Shown: piece after piece, positions 7,916-17,731 of the stretch
Numbering within the stretch: position 1 is the first letter of the stretch
How the letters are laid out: every line of letters starts with the position of its first letter
Assembly: GCA_022508485.1 (NCBI GenBank)
Contig: JAFLVD010000002.1
Span: 18,226 to 82,225 of the forward strand
Reading direction: 5' to 3'
DNA from: Clostridiales bacterium
GTDB taxonomy: Bacteria > Bacillota > Clostridia > Christensenellales > Pumilibacteraceae
Length of the DNA: 64,000 bases
The notes under the pieces: generated by a model
What the model saw: the letters and a program-made list of their open reading frames with translations, nothing else
Told to the model about the DNA's origin: nothing
Database searches by the model: none
Made by a program: the position numbers and the translations under genes

Positions 7916-9740
7916 TGTCAAATTCAAAATGCAGCTTATCTTTCACTACACTTACAACTATTTTTGCACCTCTGAACGATAACAAATCTTGCTTATTTTC
8001 AAACATAAACATAGCGAGCTCGTCCAAAAGCTTATCATTGATTGCATTGAGTATATCGCGACCGCCCTTACTGCTATCTGTTCCTCCTAAAATATAATTG
8101 ATGAATTTTAACTCGTCGGCGAATTCCAAATCTATACGGTATTTTTCGGCGATTGCGCGTTGTACGGGACGAAGCTTGGAGCGCGCAATCTTTACGCTGA
8201 ACTCTTTATCTTTGATAAAGTTGAATGGAACGATATTGCTGTATCCGATACGCCCTAAAATTTCGGGACGCTTGATTTCGTTGTCAAAATAGTTCTTTAC
8301 AATCTTGATAAACTCTTCGGCTATCTCTTCGTTAGATCCGCTCGACGACACTTCCGAAGCGCCGAGATTGGATGTGAATATTATGACGCTTTCGCTGAAA
8401 TAAACCGTTTCGCCTTTGCTATCGGTCAAACGCCCGTCTTCGAGGATTTGCAGAAAAATGTCCAATATGCGCGGATTGGGTTTTGCCGCCTTTTCAATCT
8501 CGTCAAACAGTATAATACTGAACGGTTTTTCCTTAACGGCATTTGTCAGTTGTCCGCCCTCTTCATAGCCTACATATCCCGGAGGCGCGCCGATAAGCTT
8601 TTGGTCGCTGTTCTCCTGCGCATACTCGGACATATCAAAGCGAATACAAGCCTGCTCGTCTCCGAACAGGAATTTTGCAAGGGCTTTGCTGAGCTCGGTT
8701 TTACCCACGCCAGTAGGTCCGACAAAGAACAGCACACCTTTGGGCGCGGAACGACTGGACGATTTGTGAATTCCTGTCAATCCCATATATGCCTTAACTA
8801 CGACTTTTTCTATCTTCTCGATAGCTTCGTCTTGCCCGACCACGCGCTCGGAAAGAATCTTTTTAATGTTCTTTACTGCTTTATAGTCAAGCTTTTCCCA
8901 AGGATTGTCTTTCTCTCCGTACTTAAACAGAAGATATAATTGTTCAAACGGCATTTTACCTTCTTTGCGAGAAAGCCTGGCAAGCTGAATAATCTCACGA
9001 TTTGTAAAATCGTCGAGCATATCGATATACTCGTTCTTTTTATCGCAGGTCATAAGCGTTTCGCCCGGCTTTAGCTTTACTTCAAAACCGCTCTCGATCT
9101 TTTCCATCATTTTTTCGCGTTCTTCTCTATCCGGTTTGGAAAGCGTCAGGCAAGACACTTCGGCATTGCTCTGATAGAAAGAAATCGGAAACATAGCAAG
9201 TTTGCTTGTTACAAGCACAATTGTACTCTCGTTTACTTCCGAGGAAAGATAATCGACTTTTTTATCTTTTATGGCTTTGCCGAGAAGAGTCAATAGCTCG
9301 CGCTCGTCCGGCGGCAACACGCCGCCCGTCGAAAACAAATAGTCCGCCCAGTTCAACACAAACGCCGTTTTGCGATTGGGCTTTTTTAAGTTTTTAAATA
9401 TAATATTGAAAATCTCGGCAGTATCCTTAAAAAGTCCGCTGCCCGTTTTTTCTTCTTTTTTGGTATCTTCGTCGTCGTCAAACGAATATGCGTCGCCCTC
9501 TATCTCCACCTCGTCTATGACGGAAAGTCGAGATATATCACCGTCCACGCCGTCGATGCGATCCCAATACAGCACATCGTCAAAATCCATGGACTTCAGC
9601 ATATCCATAAGATATTGCTTTAAATCGACGATTTGCTTCTTTTCGTTGAGATAAACATCGCCAACATTACCCTCGACTATTACGCATCTTTTGATGCCTA
9701 TTTCGCGTCTTAATCTGTTAAATGTAGTGATAAGTGCCAT
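7908..9740 (-). CDS. ClpA/ClpB D2-like AAA+ ATPase with a degenerate N-terminal AAA-like half (610 aa).
   Basis: VVGQDEAIEKI; Walker A FFVGPTGVGKTELSKALA; GAPPGYVGYEEGG; Walker B SIILFDEIEKA; sensor-1 VIIFTSNLG. The N-terminal half has only VIVEGNVGDVY and FVLNWADY in place of Walker A and B. AAGGAG SD before ATG 9740. Confidence 0.8.
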   Translation of the reverse strand: MALITTFNRLRREIGIKRCVIVEGNVGDVYLNEKKQIVDLKQYLMDMLKSMDFDDVLYWDRIDGVDGDISRLSVIDEVEIEGDAYSFDDDEDTKKEEKTGSGLFKDTAEIFNIIFKNLKKPNRKTAFVLNWADYLFSTGGVLPPDERELLTLLGKAIKDKKVDYLSSEVNESTIVLVTSKLAMFPISFYQSNAEVSCLTLSKPDREEREKMMEKIESGFEVKLKPGETLMTCDKKNEYIDMLDDFTNREIIQLARLSRKEGKMPFEQLYLLFKYGEKDNPWEKLDYKAVKNIKKILSERVVGQDEAIEKIEKVVVKAYMGLTGIHKSSSRSAPKGVLFFVGPTGVGKTELSKALAKFLFGDEQACIRFDMSEYAQENSDQKLIGAPPGYVGYEEGGQLTNAVKEKPFSIILFDEIEKAAKPNPRILDIFLQILEDGRLTDSKGETVYFSESVIIFTSNLGASEVSSSGSNEEIAEEFIKIVKNYFDNEIKRPEILGRIGYSNIVPFNFIKDKEFSVKIARSKLRPVQRAIAEKYRIDLEFADELKFINYILGGTDSSKGGRDILNAINDKLLDELAMFMFENKQDLLSFRGAKIVVSVVKDKLHFEFDND

Positions 9741-9751
9741 TATCAGTCTCC

Positions 9752-10864
9752 TTATTTCTTATTTTTGTTGGTGTTTGTTGCTTGATATTTCATCGTAGCA
9801 ATTTTATCGGGATTGCTCCAAATTTCTGTCTGTTTGGTAACGCGAATGCCGTACACTTCTTCCAAATCGTGCATAAACGGCTCAATATCCTTTTGGCAAG
9901 CCTGACCTTCATATCCGTGAAAATCGTAAATAAATCTGCCATCGAGGAAAATTCGAAACTCTGCTTTCTCTCCGCTCGCCTTTAAAGCGACTAAAATCAC
10001 TTCGTTTGTATCGCGTTTGATTTTTATGTTCTTCTTATCTACAATAAATCCGCGCTGCTTAATCGCATCCATGATAATTTTAAGAGATTTTTGCCGAACC
10101 TTTTCGCCGACAATTTCGGCCGTAGCGCTCCGGCGCATTGCCGCAAGCTTTTCGCGAGCCGTGCCTTGAGCCCCCTCTGTCACTTTTCCAAGCGTTTCCG
10201 GCGCCACTCGAGACGCTTCCAATTCGGCGCGAATTTTGGCGCGTTCCTCTTCGTAACGGGTCTCATAAGTTTGATTTACTGTTTGCTCCATAAGCTGCTT
10301 GCCGGCCTTAATGAGAGCATCACCGATAAGCGTATTATCGCGAATGTATGCAAGAAATGCAAACTGCCGCAAAACCTCGTCGCTTATCCCACCCAACACG
10401 GCTCGTGTGCGCGAATCGACGGTTACCACTCCGCTGTTCTGCTCGCGCAATTTGCGTTGATAATCCCCTATACTATCTTTAAGCAGCGCTTCAAGCAAGC
10501 TTTCGAATTCCATCAACCGTTGCGACGCGAGAGTATCGACTTTTTGCTGTAATTGCTCCGCTGCCCTGATAGTGTCATTACGGTGCGCGTAGCGTGCTTC
10601 CATGTCGTCCATTCGCACCGAGCCCTTTTTAGCGTCGGTTTCCGCTTTTTTGCTCACATCGTTAATTTGATTGTCAAGCAAACTACGTTCCTGTCTAATT
10701 ACATCGGCAAGCTGTTGAACTTGCTCTGTTGCAATACGAGACGAAGATGCCTCTATCCTTGCAATCATGTCGTCCAATTCTTGCAGTCTTACCCTTGCAA
10801 CTTCGCAAACACTATTGCATTGAATAGCTATTTGCTGATAATCTACTTGAACCTGCCGACTCAT
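9752..10864 (-). CDS. Coiled-coil protein (370 aa) with a small C-terminal alpha/beta domain. Function unknown.
   Basis: ATG 10864 forms an ATGA overlap with the stop of the upstream gene. It is rich in long heptad-like E/Q/R/L segments (RLQELDDMIARIEASS..., EERAKIRAELEAS...). The track start at 10900 is less likely. Confidence 0.65.
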   Translation of the reverse strand: MSRQVQVDYQQIAIQCNSVCEVARVRLQELDDMIARIEASSSRIATEQVQQLADVIRQERSLLDNQINDVSKKAETDAKKGSVRMDDMEARYAHRNDTIRAAEQLQQKVDTLASQRLMEFESLLEALLKDSIGDYQRKLREQNSGVVTVDSRTRAVLGGISDEVLRQFAFLAYIRDNTLIGDALIKAGKQLMEQTVNQTYETRYEEERAKIRAELEASRVAPETLGKVTEGAQGTAREKLAAMRRSATAEIVGEKVRQKSLKIIMDAIKQRGFIVDKKNIKIKRDTNEVILVALKASGEKAEFRIFLDGRFIYDFHGYEGQACQKDIEPFMHDLEEVYGIRVTKQTEIWSNPDKIATMKYQATNTNKNKK

Positions 10865-13059
10865 TTCAATCCTCCTACCATAAATACTAAATCGCGCCAT
10901 TTTTCTATCGTGGCCTTATCGAAAGGTATCTGTGCGGCTCCCGGATGTTGGAATCCGTTTCTGCACTTACGAAGGATGTGCAAGTCGTCGGCCTGCGGTT
11001 TTGTGATAAGCTTTTTGCTTAGTGCGTCGTTTATGGTGTCGTTGACAGGCGTCGACTTGTCTAACTGCAATTTTTTGCACAAATCGTATTGCAATCTTAT
11101 AAGCAAATCGCAAACTGCGTCCTTATATTTGCCCCTGGAAATAAAATCGTTTATGTACTTTTCGGTTATATTTTCGGGATGGAACGCCGCCGTCCGCTCG
11201 ATAGACAAAAGCTCGTGTATAGGCTTGAATATTGCAAGGTAACGATCGTACTTTTCGTATTCATTACCCGCAAACTGCCTGTATTTTTGTATCGTTTTCG
11301 AAGTGTTTAAGAGCGTTCCGTAGGCGTTGAAAAACGCGTCGTTGTTGTAGTCGTCCTTTAACGTATATTCGGCGCTGTTTGTGACACCGAGCATATCGCA
11401 CAGCTTCCACAGATTAACCCGAACTGTCTTATACTTACTTGCAAGCTCGGTGTCGGAATTGATCGACGTGTTTTCCAGCACGGCATTCATAAACGTTTCT
11501 ATCACATTGGCAACCGAAAGAATTTCCATCTCCATATCGGGCAATGCCGAATTAAGCGCCTCGTATGCGATCTCGCGCGTTTCGGTTTTGCAAATATTAT
11601 CCGAAAATCTGCGCACGTATTCGATATTCGGGATTCTCAGAGCCGTTTTAAGCGGCATCAAAACCGTGTTTTTGTAAATGACGTTTTCTACCTTAACCTC
11701 GCTTACGCTTCTGTTGTACAGCTCAGTTGCAGCCTTTGCAAAATATTCAGTCCAAGGCTGATGATTTTTGAACGCCGAATTAATCTTTAACAGCAGCTCT
11801 GTTTGCTCGTCCGCCGTTTTAACCGACTTAAGCTTTTTGTCTATAAATTTTCCGAAGTATTCGGCGCCTAAACAGTCTGCGACATAGGTGACTATACGCC
11901 CTACCTCGTCGTCAAACGGCTTTTCGCAATATTGATCGTACAGGCTTTCGACAATTCCTCTAAAAATTTCATCATCAGCCTTGCTTTCTATCAAAAGCGG
12001 CAAAGTAAATGTGTCGCCAAAGTTTTTGCACGACATAGCCATGTTGACCGCACTAAACGCTCTGCATCCCGACTTATCCAAAAGCGCACAATACGCGTGT
12101 TCATCGATTTCATCCAAAAGTCGGCAAGAGAGATCTAAATCAGCACAAATAGCGTCGTTACGATCCACCGCCGTCCCTCTCTGTAAAAACACAACACATG
12201 GGCGCTTTGCTTGCTTAGACAAATCTTCGGGTAGATATAACGCCGTCAAATTGGACACGGTCGCAATACCCACCGTCGGAATGCGGCCTACGGACTCTGG
12301 AAATTTAAATTTGTTTTTCATTACCATTCCGCTTTCCATGATAGCGGACGAATAGTACTTATCGAAAAACGCCCTTTCCGCAGTGGTTGCAAAAGTAAAC
12401 TCTATGTGCGAAGGATATATATTTAGGGTGATATTCTCTTCCGAACGAACGTGCATTTTTTGCGGAGGATCTGTCTCGAATGAAATCATGCGTTCCTCCG
12501 CCTTTAACCCCACCTTAGTAGGATTTACGTTGAGATAATCCCCTAAGCCGCTTATGTCTATATCCACATGGTCCAAAAACTCCTCGCCCAAAAAACAGTT
12601 TGCAATCGGAGAGTATGTCATGTCGGAGTACACATCAAAGCGATTAGTTACAGGGCTGTAAAAAATATCCTTAGCCTTTTCCTTTTCCACGCCTGTGGGG
12701 ATTGCCCCCTCGCTGAACAGCTTTTTGCCTTTTGGTGTAATGGCGACCTCGTTCAGCTTGATTTCCGCAAAATACTTTGGATTGGAAAAATGCGACGCCG
12801 CATACTTGGATTTTACTATTTCGGTATTGATAAGCCCCTCTAACTCCCTGCCGAAAAGGCTGTGGAGCTCGGTGGGTATGCCGAATTTTTTCAACGCCTC
12901 GGAAAAACGCATATCGGACTTTTGCTTGTCTATAAGCTCGAGCAAGATGTAGGCTATACCGGAGGCCTTGCGCACCTCGTTATACTTGATGCGCGTCTTG
13001 TAAATCAACAGCGGAAAAGGACATTGCGTTTTTATCTGCTTTATTAACTTCTCTTCCAT
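10861..13059 (-). CDS. 732-aa protein with a C-terminal HEPN-like domain (putative RNase effector).
   Basis: The C-terminus reads ...DDLHILRKCRNGFQHPGAAQIPF.... RNGFQH is an Rx4H motif encoded at 10945-10962, checked codon by codon. An AGGAGG SD sits inside the 3' end of the helicase gene, with a 1-nt gap to the helicase stop. Confidence 0.55.
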   Translation of the reverse strand: MEEKLIKQIKTQCPFPLLIYKTRIKYNEVRKASGIAYILLELIDKQKSDMRFSEALKKFGIPTELHSLFGRELEGLINTEIVKSKYAASHFSNPKYFAEIKLNEVAITPKGKKLFSEGAIPTGVEKEKAKDIFYSPVTNRFDVYSDMTYSPIANCFLGEEFLDHVDIDISGLGDYLNVNPTKVGLKAEERMISFETDPPQKMHVRSEENITLNIYPSHIEFTFATTAERAFFDKYYSSAIMESGMVMKNKFKFPESVGRIPTVGIATVSNLTALYLPEDLSKQAKRPCVVFLQRGTAVDRNDAICADLDLSCRLLDEIDEHAYCALLDKSGCRAFSAVNMAMSCKNFGDTFTLPLLIESKADDEIFRGIVESLYDQYCEKPFDDEVGRIVTYVADCLGAEYFGKFIDKKLKSVKTADEQTELLLKINSAFKNHQPWTEYFAKAATELYNRSVSEVKVENVIYKNTVLMPLKTALRIPNIEYVRRFSDNICKTETREIAYEALNSALPDMEMEILSVANVIETFMNAVLENTSINSDTELASKYKTVRVNLWKLCDMLGVTNSAEYTLKDDYNNDAFFNAYGTLLNTSKTIQKYRQFAGNEYEKYDRYLAIFKPIHELLSIERTAAFHPENITEKYINDFISRGKYKDAVCDLLIRLQYDLCKKLQLDKSTPVNDTINDALSKKLITKPQADDLHILRKCRNGFQHPGAAQIPFDKATIEKWRDLVFMVGGLK

Positions 13060-13060
13060 A

Positions 13061-16000
13061 CTACTTTCCTCCTATGGTGTCGCGCATGGGAATGATATCT
13101 CGTGCCGGAATTATTTTTCCCTTAAAATCTATCGTTGAAATAATTTCTTTGTAGACGTGGAAATTAAGTTTGCCAGCACCGCACCCGTCCATATCCGGTA
13201 AATCGATTATGCCGTAATCGGACAAGAATTTTCTGGCTCCAACTACAATAAGCAGCTTGCGCGCCCGAGACAGCGCCACGTTGATGCGCTCGAACTTTTT
13301 AAGAAATTCCAGGTCGAATTTCTTTCCGGGTGCAGGGTTTCTGACCATGGAGAGAATTATGATATCTCGCTCGTCGCCTTGAAAGTCGTCAACTGTGCTT
13401 ATTACCAGTTTTTCGTCTTGCTTGCCCGAAAAGTTGCCGAACTGCTTATTTTTGCGTTTTTTCTTAATAAGAGAAGCCTGGTCGCCGTATGTACAAATTA
13501 CGCCCACGCTCGGCCGCTCATCTATGCGCCGATCCTTGTTTACTTTGATTTTGCCTGTCCTAATAAGCTCTCCGCTTGCCGCATCAATTTGCCGCAAAAG
13601 CTCGATTGCAACCTGTGCTTCCTGCTCGTTGGACTTGGATGTGCTGCCATCGTCGGCGCTGGATTCCCTTTCGTCGCAATCGACAAAGTAAATGTGATGC
13701 TCGGGATCGATAACGGTATTGCCGTTGATGCGGACTGTAAGGTTGTGCTGCTTTTCGTTGTCTTGTTGCGGAAATCCCACTTGCAAGCCTTTTTGACTAC
13801 CGCCGTAAAAATGGTTGAAAACCTCCATTATGTGGCTGTGGCAACGGTATTGCTTGTTGAGCATGACCTTAAAGTCATCGGGTACTTCCTCGTAAAGTTT
13901 CTTAAAGAAGCACTCTTCGTATAATTCGGTGTACTTTTTGTTGATACTTTGATTGATAATGTCGTCGTTCAACCCCTCAAAGTCTTCTTCTCTCATGTGG
14001 CGCAAATCGTACATGGGCGGCAGCTGTCTGTGGTCGCCCACAAGGATGACCGTTTCCCCGTACAAAATGGGAATGAGCAAATCGAGGAAAGAGGACTTGG
14101 ACACCTCGTCGATAATGACCACATCAATCCCTTGCGTGCGTATGTTTACATCCTCTATGCCGTACCGACCGAGCTCTTCTAACTGCTGTCTCGTAAATCT
14201 GTCGCGACTGGTGCAGGTAATACCGAACACATTAGCCTTATCGTACAGAGCGCGAGTGTACTCTTGTCTGTCCTCGTCCAAGATTTCTTGCTGCGCAAGA
14301 TATTTGCATATTCCACGGTACATCGGAATTTTTACTGCGTTTTCTGCTTGCGTGGATTTATAGTCGCGTTCCAACTTTTTCCACTCGTCTGCAATAATGG
14401 AGAACGCCTTTCCCATATCGTTCGGATCGTACTCACACACAATATCAAAGTCTTGCATAAACCGCGAAACGCTCTGCTTTAATGCGGAATTAAGCTCAGA
14501 ATATTCCACAAGCGTTTGATCCTCGCCAAGATCCTCAAGCTTTTGTTTCAGTTTGTTGATGTTTATCTGTTTTTCTCTTATGTCGCTATCCAGCCGGTCT
14601 TGCTGCGCGAGGATAGATTTCATGTCCTCTTCTATTCTGTCCTTAATCTCGCTTACAGTGCGCTGCACTTCTATTTTGAATGCCGTTAACTCGTCGGGCA
14701 GCTTTTTAAGCTTATCTTTATCTCCGGCGATTTGCGGAAGAACGGAAAACACGACGGTATCCGAAATGTCGAACTTGCTTGTCTCCTGCGCCCGACGCAA
14801 TTCGCCTGCAACAGACATCAATTCTTTTTGATATTTTTTATATTGCTCAAAATAATCGTCACCTTCCGTTGGCGGCTCGTCCGTTTCGGGGTCGCGCAGT
14901 TCGGAAAGAATTTCCTTTAGCTCTCGTTGTCTGTTTTTAAGCCTAATCGTTTTATCATTGTCATCGGACAACAGTGCGGCAAGTTCTTGCTTTACAGCGT
15001 TCACATCCAATTTGATTAGCTCACCCACCTTTTCCTTGGACAGCTTGTTAAAGCAAGAATATTTTTTGAGTAAAAAATCGATTGCGTCCGCAAAATCTGT
15101 TAAGTACTGCTCTTTGACGTCTTCTCCGGCAAAGCGGTATGTTTCGATATATTTAATCGTACGCCTAAACTGCTCTATCTCGTCACACACAACGGATAAT
15201 TCCCCACGCAAGTTATCTAGCATTTCATTAAGCTTATTTATATCTGCGGAAACGGAGCGCATCTCCTTTTGCACCTGTGCGACCTGTCCTTCCAATCTCA
15301 AAACCCTATCGTAGTCAAGGCGCAGTTTTTTCATCATTTCGCCAAAGGTTGCCTTTGTTTCCTCAAAATGTTCAAACCTATCCACCTGTTTTTCCAGATT
15401 GCGGCTGATATTAAGATAGAAATTATCCACCAATCTTTCAGGGCTGTAATTTGTTTCTTTGCCGTTTTGTGACGGAATAAGCCTAAGCGGTCGTATTTCC
15501 GGTATTTTAGGTAGCCTTTCAAACACATTGTCGATTGCCTTATGCGTTTCGGAGGAAACCAACACCTTTTTGCCGCGCTTACACAGCTGTGCGGCTATCT
15601 CGGCTATAACCTGCGTCTTTCCGGTGCCGGGCGGACCCTGCAAGAGAAAGATACTCTCGCTCGCGAGCGCCTTTTGTACGGCGAGTTTTTGCCTGTCGTT
15701 AAGACTTTCCAAGCACCAATCTATATCGTCCGCCGTCCTCTTTGTACTGCCGAGCGATTTAGCATCAAATAGATATGCCGGCAAATACGGATTCTTTACA
15801 TAACCGCCCATAAATGCGACGAGCGCACGCTCCTGCCTTTCTATCTTAGTCCGCTCAGCGCGACTGTCGTATGTAAGATAATGCGCATCTACTGTAGCTA
15901 TTTCCTTTCTAAGTCCGGAAAGAGTTTTGTTGCTGTCATCCGGACGGAAGTAAACACTGTAGCGGCGTATAGTTTCATTTTCGATTTTTACGGCTATTTC

Positions 16001-17692
16001 TTGATCGCGCTTTTGGGCAAGATCCTTTTGTGCCGTCGCCTTTTCGGCGCTAATCGCACCTTCGTATTGGGTTTGTAATTGATGCTCTTTTTCGCGTTTG
16101 ACTTTTTCCAACTCGGCCTGCTTGGCAATATAAAGGCTCTTGCGCTTGTTTGCAATCAACTTATTATTTCGTGCGATATAAAAATCCCGAAGATTCAGTT
16201 CTTTCGCCGCATAAGCACAGTCTTCTTCGTATTTATATTTTAATGCGGCAAGGCTTTCTTGTTGCTTTGCAATTTTCACTTTATCGCCATCTTTTTTATA
16301 TTTGACGAGTTGTTTCTCAACTTCCTGCCGCTCTCTGTCGTATTCGGATTTAAGCGGCTTGGTAAGCTCGGTGACGGCACTTTCGAATTCTTTTTGAACG
16401 TCTCTATCATGGTTTTCGCGCACATCGTCGTCCAGCGCGTCATTAAGCCCACGTTCGTAATCGCTTAACTGACGAGTATATTTTGCCGTTATTGTGGGCT
16501 CTTGCGCAGCCATAAACTTTGTAAGCTCCGCAAAAATAACGGCGACATACTTGTCGTCAATCGCTTTTTCCGCCGCCTTGCGGCTTCTTTCATACTTGCT
16601 TACTATCGCCTCGCAGTCCGGTTCGATATCGGTAAATGTAAACAAATATCGCTCGCCCAAAAGATATTGGTCGAACTTATACCCCTTGGGCAAATTGCCG
16701 TTGTCATCAAATTTCGGCTCGGTGGGCGATAGACCCATCGCATTCTTTGTGTAGCGTTGCAAATCCGCCTCGTACTTAGGCTTGCCTTTGCCGAACTTTC
16801 CGATAGTTTCGCTAAGCACCTGTTTGCGGTTTTTTTCTATGTCGACGCGAATGAGCGGAAAGCTCTCCGCGCCGCTCACGTCCTTTGACAAAATAACCTG
16901 CTCACTGCGAGCAAACGCCGAAATGCCGTCGAGAAGCAGCGGAGCATAATCGTCCTCCCTCCGCCTATACGCCTCTCTGGAAATCATATAAGCATCACAC
17001 ACCTCCGCAGTGTAGATGCGCTCGCACTTTTCCGATTGCTTAGTGAGATAATATTTTCTGAATTCTATGTACTTTTGCCAGGTATCGAAGACGCTTAAAA
17101 CCTTCTTGTACTCAGTTTTAGGCACCGGTGATAAATCCTGAAAAAGCTCGTTCACAAAGTCGTTTGTAAGCACAGATTCATGCAACTCTCTTGTGCCATA
17201 ATCCGGAACAGATGCACCCGTACGCAGTGTTGTCCGCGAAAAAGCACAAGCCGCATTGCATTCTACACTCTTTTCCCCGAACTTTTTCATCGACTTGTCG
17301 ATGATGTCAATACCCTTAACCGAAACGGAAATAACACTACCGAGCATGACATCGCCGATTAGTATAAGCTCGTAGTTTTCGGGTAGCACGCCGCGAGAAT
17401 ATGGGGCCCCGGTAGGACGAATAACCATATTATTAATGTAGTTATTTTCTCTACCGCTTCTGTTGACAACGGTGCTGATTTTTCTGTCAAAACTCGGCAG
17501 TGATATAAAGTATTCCGAAACGCTGTACGGACAAAACATATCGATAAAATCGACAAGCGTTTCCGGAAAATTGCCGTCGAACCTTTGACGCAACACCCCA
17601 TACTGCTCAGTGAGCGACGTGTTGTACAAGTCGTTGGGATTGCGACTACCAGCTTCCAAATTGTCCACAAAATTCAAATATAGATACGCCAT
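13061..17692 (-). CDS. Giant (1543 aa) Upf1/DNA2-like SF1 helicase (AAA_11/AAA_12 type) with a ~685-aa N-terminal extension and a coiled-coil insertion.
   Basis: Motif I FLLQGPPGTGKT (15614-15637, residue ~686); motif II VVIIDEVSK (DE at about residue 1195, nt 14105-14110); VGDHRQLPPM; LNKQYRCHSHI; STVDDFQGDERDIIILSMVR; INVALSRARKLLIVVG. Confidence 0.85.
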   Translation of the reverse strand: MAYLYLNFVDNLEAGSRNPNDLYNTSLTEQYGVLRQRFDGNFPETLVDFIDMFCPYSVSEYFISLPSFDRKISTVVNRSGRENNYINNMVIRPTGAPYSRGVLPENYELILIGDVMLGSVISVSVKGIDIIDKSMKKFGEKSVECNAACAFSRTTLRTGASVPDYGTRELHESVLTNDFVNELFQDLSPVPKTEYKKVLSVFDTWQKYIEFRKYYLTKQSEKCERIYTAEVCDAYMISREAYRRREDDYAPLLLDGISAFARSEQVILSKDVSGAESFPLIRVDIEKNRKQVLSETIGKFGKGKPKYEADLQRYTKNAMGLSPTEPKFDDNGNLPKGYKFDQYLLGERYLFTFTDIEPDCEAIVSKYERSRKAAEKAIDDKYVAVIFAELTKFMAAQEPTITAKYTRQLSDYERGLNDALDDDVRENHDRDVQKEFESAVTELTKPLKSEYDRERQEVEKQLVKYKKDGDKVKIAKQQESLAALKYKYEEDCAYAAKELNLRDFYIARNNKLIANKRKSLYIAKQAELEKVKREKEHQLQTQYEGAISAEKATAQKDLAQKRDQEIAVKIENETIRRYSVYFRPDDSNKTLSGLRKEIATVDAHYLTYDSRAERTKIERQERALVAFMGGYVKNPYLPAYLFDAKSLGSTKRTADDIDWCLESLNDRQKLAVQKALASESIFLLQGPPGTGKTQVIAEIAAQLCKRGKKVLVSSETHKAIDNVFERLPKIPEIRPLRLIPSQNGKETNYSPERLVDNFYLNISRNLEKQVDRFEHFEETKATFGEMMKKLRLDYDRVLRLEGQVAQVQKEMRSVSADINKLNEMLDNLRGELSVVCDEIEQFRRTIKYIETYRFAGEDVKEQYLTDFADAIDFLLKKYSCFNKLSKEKVGELIKLDVNAVKQELAALLSDDNDKTIRLKNRQRELKEILSELRDPETDEPPTEGDDYFEQYKKYQKELMSVAGELRRAQETSKFDISDTVVFSVLPQIAGDKDKLKKLPDELTAFKIEVQRTVSEIKDRIEEDMKSILAQQDRLDSDIREKQININKLKQKLEDLGEDQTLVEYSELNSALKQSVSRFMQDFDIVCEYDPNDMGKAFSIIADEWKKLERDYKSTQAENAVKIPMYRGICKYLAQQEILDEDRQEYTRALYDKANVFGITCTSRDRFTRQQLEELGRYGIEDVNIRTQGIDVVIIDEVSKSSFLDLLIPILYGETVILVGDHRQLPPMYDLRHMREEDFEGLNDDIINQSINKKYTELYEECFFKKLYEEVPDDFKVMLNKQYRCHSHIMEVFNHFYGGSQKGLQVGFPQQDNEKQHNLTVRINGNTVIDPEHHIYFVDCDERESSADDGSTSKSNEQEAQVAIELLRQIDAASGELIRTGKIKVNKDRRIDERPSVGVICTYGDQASLIKKKRKNKQFGNFSGKQDEKLVISTVDDFQGDERDIIILSMVRNPAPGKKFDLEFLKKFERINVALSRARKLLIVVGARKFLSDYGIIDLPDMDGCGAGKLNFHVYKEIISTIDFKGKIIPARDIIPMRDTIGGK

Positions 17693-17731
17693 ATTTTGTT
17701 TCTCCTAATTCCTACTCATCGAAAAACTATT

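Noticed and set aside
8448-11242. Several plus-strand ORFs of 150-230 aa (8448-8939, 10091-10552, 10553-11242) inside the operon.
   Set aside because: All are antisense to minus-strand genes with clear motifs (ClpB-like ATPase, HEPN protein) and tight translational coupling. They have no SDs and no motifs.
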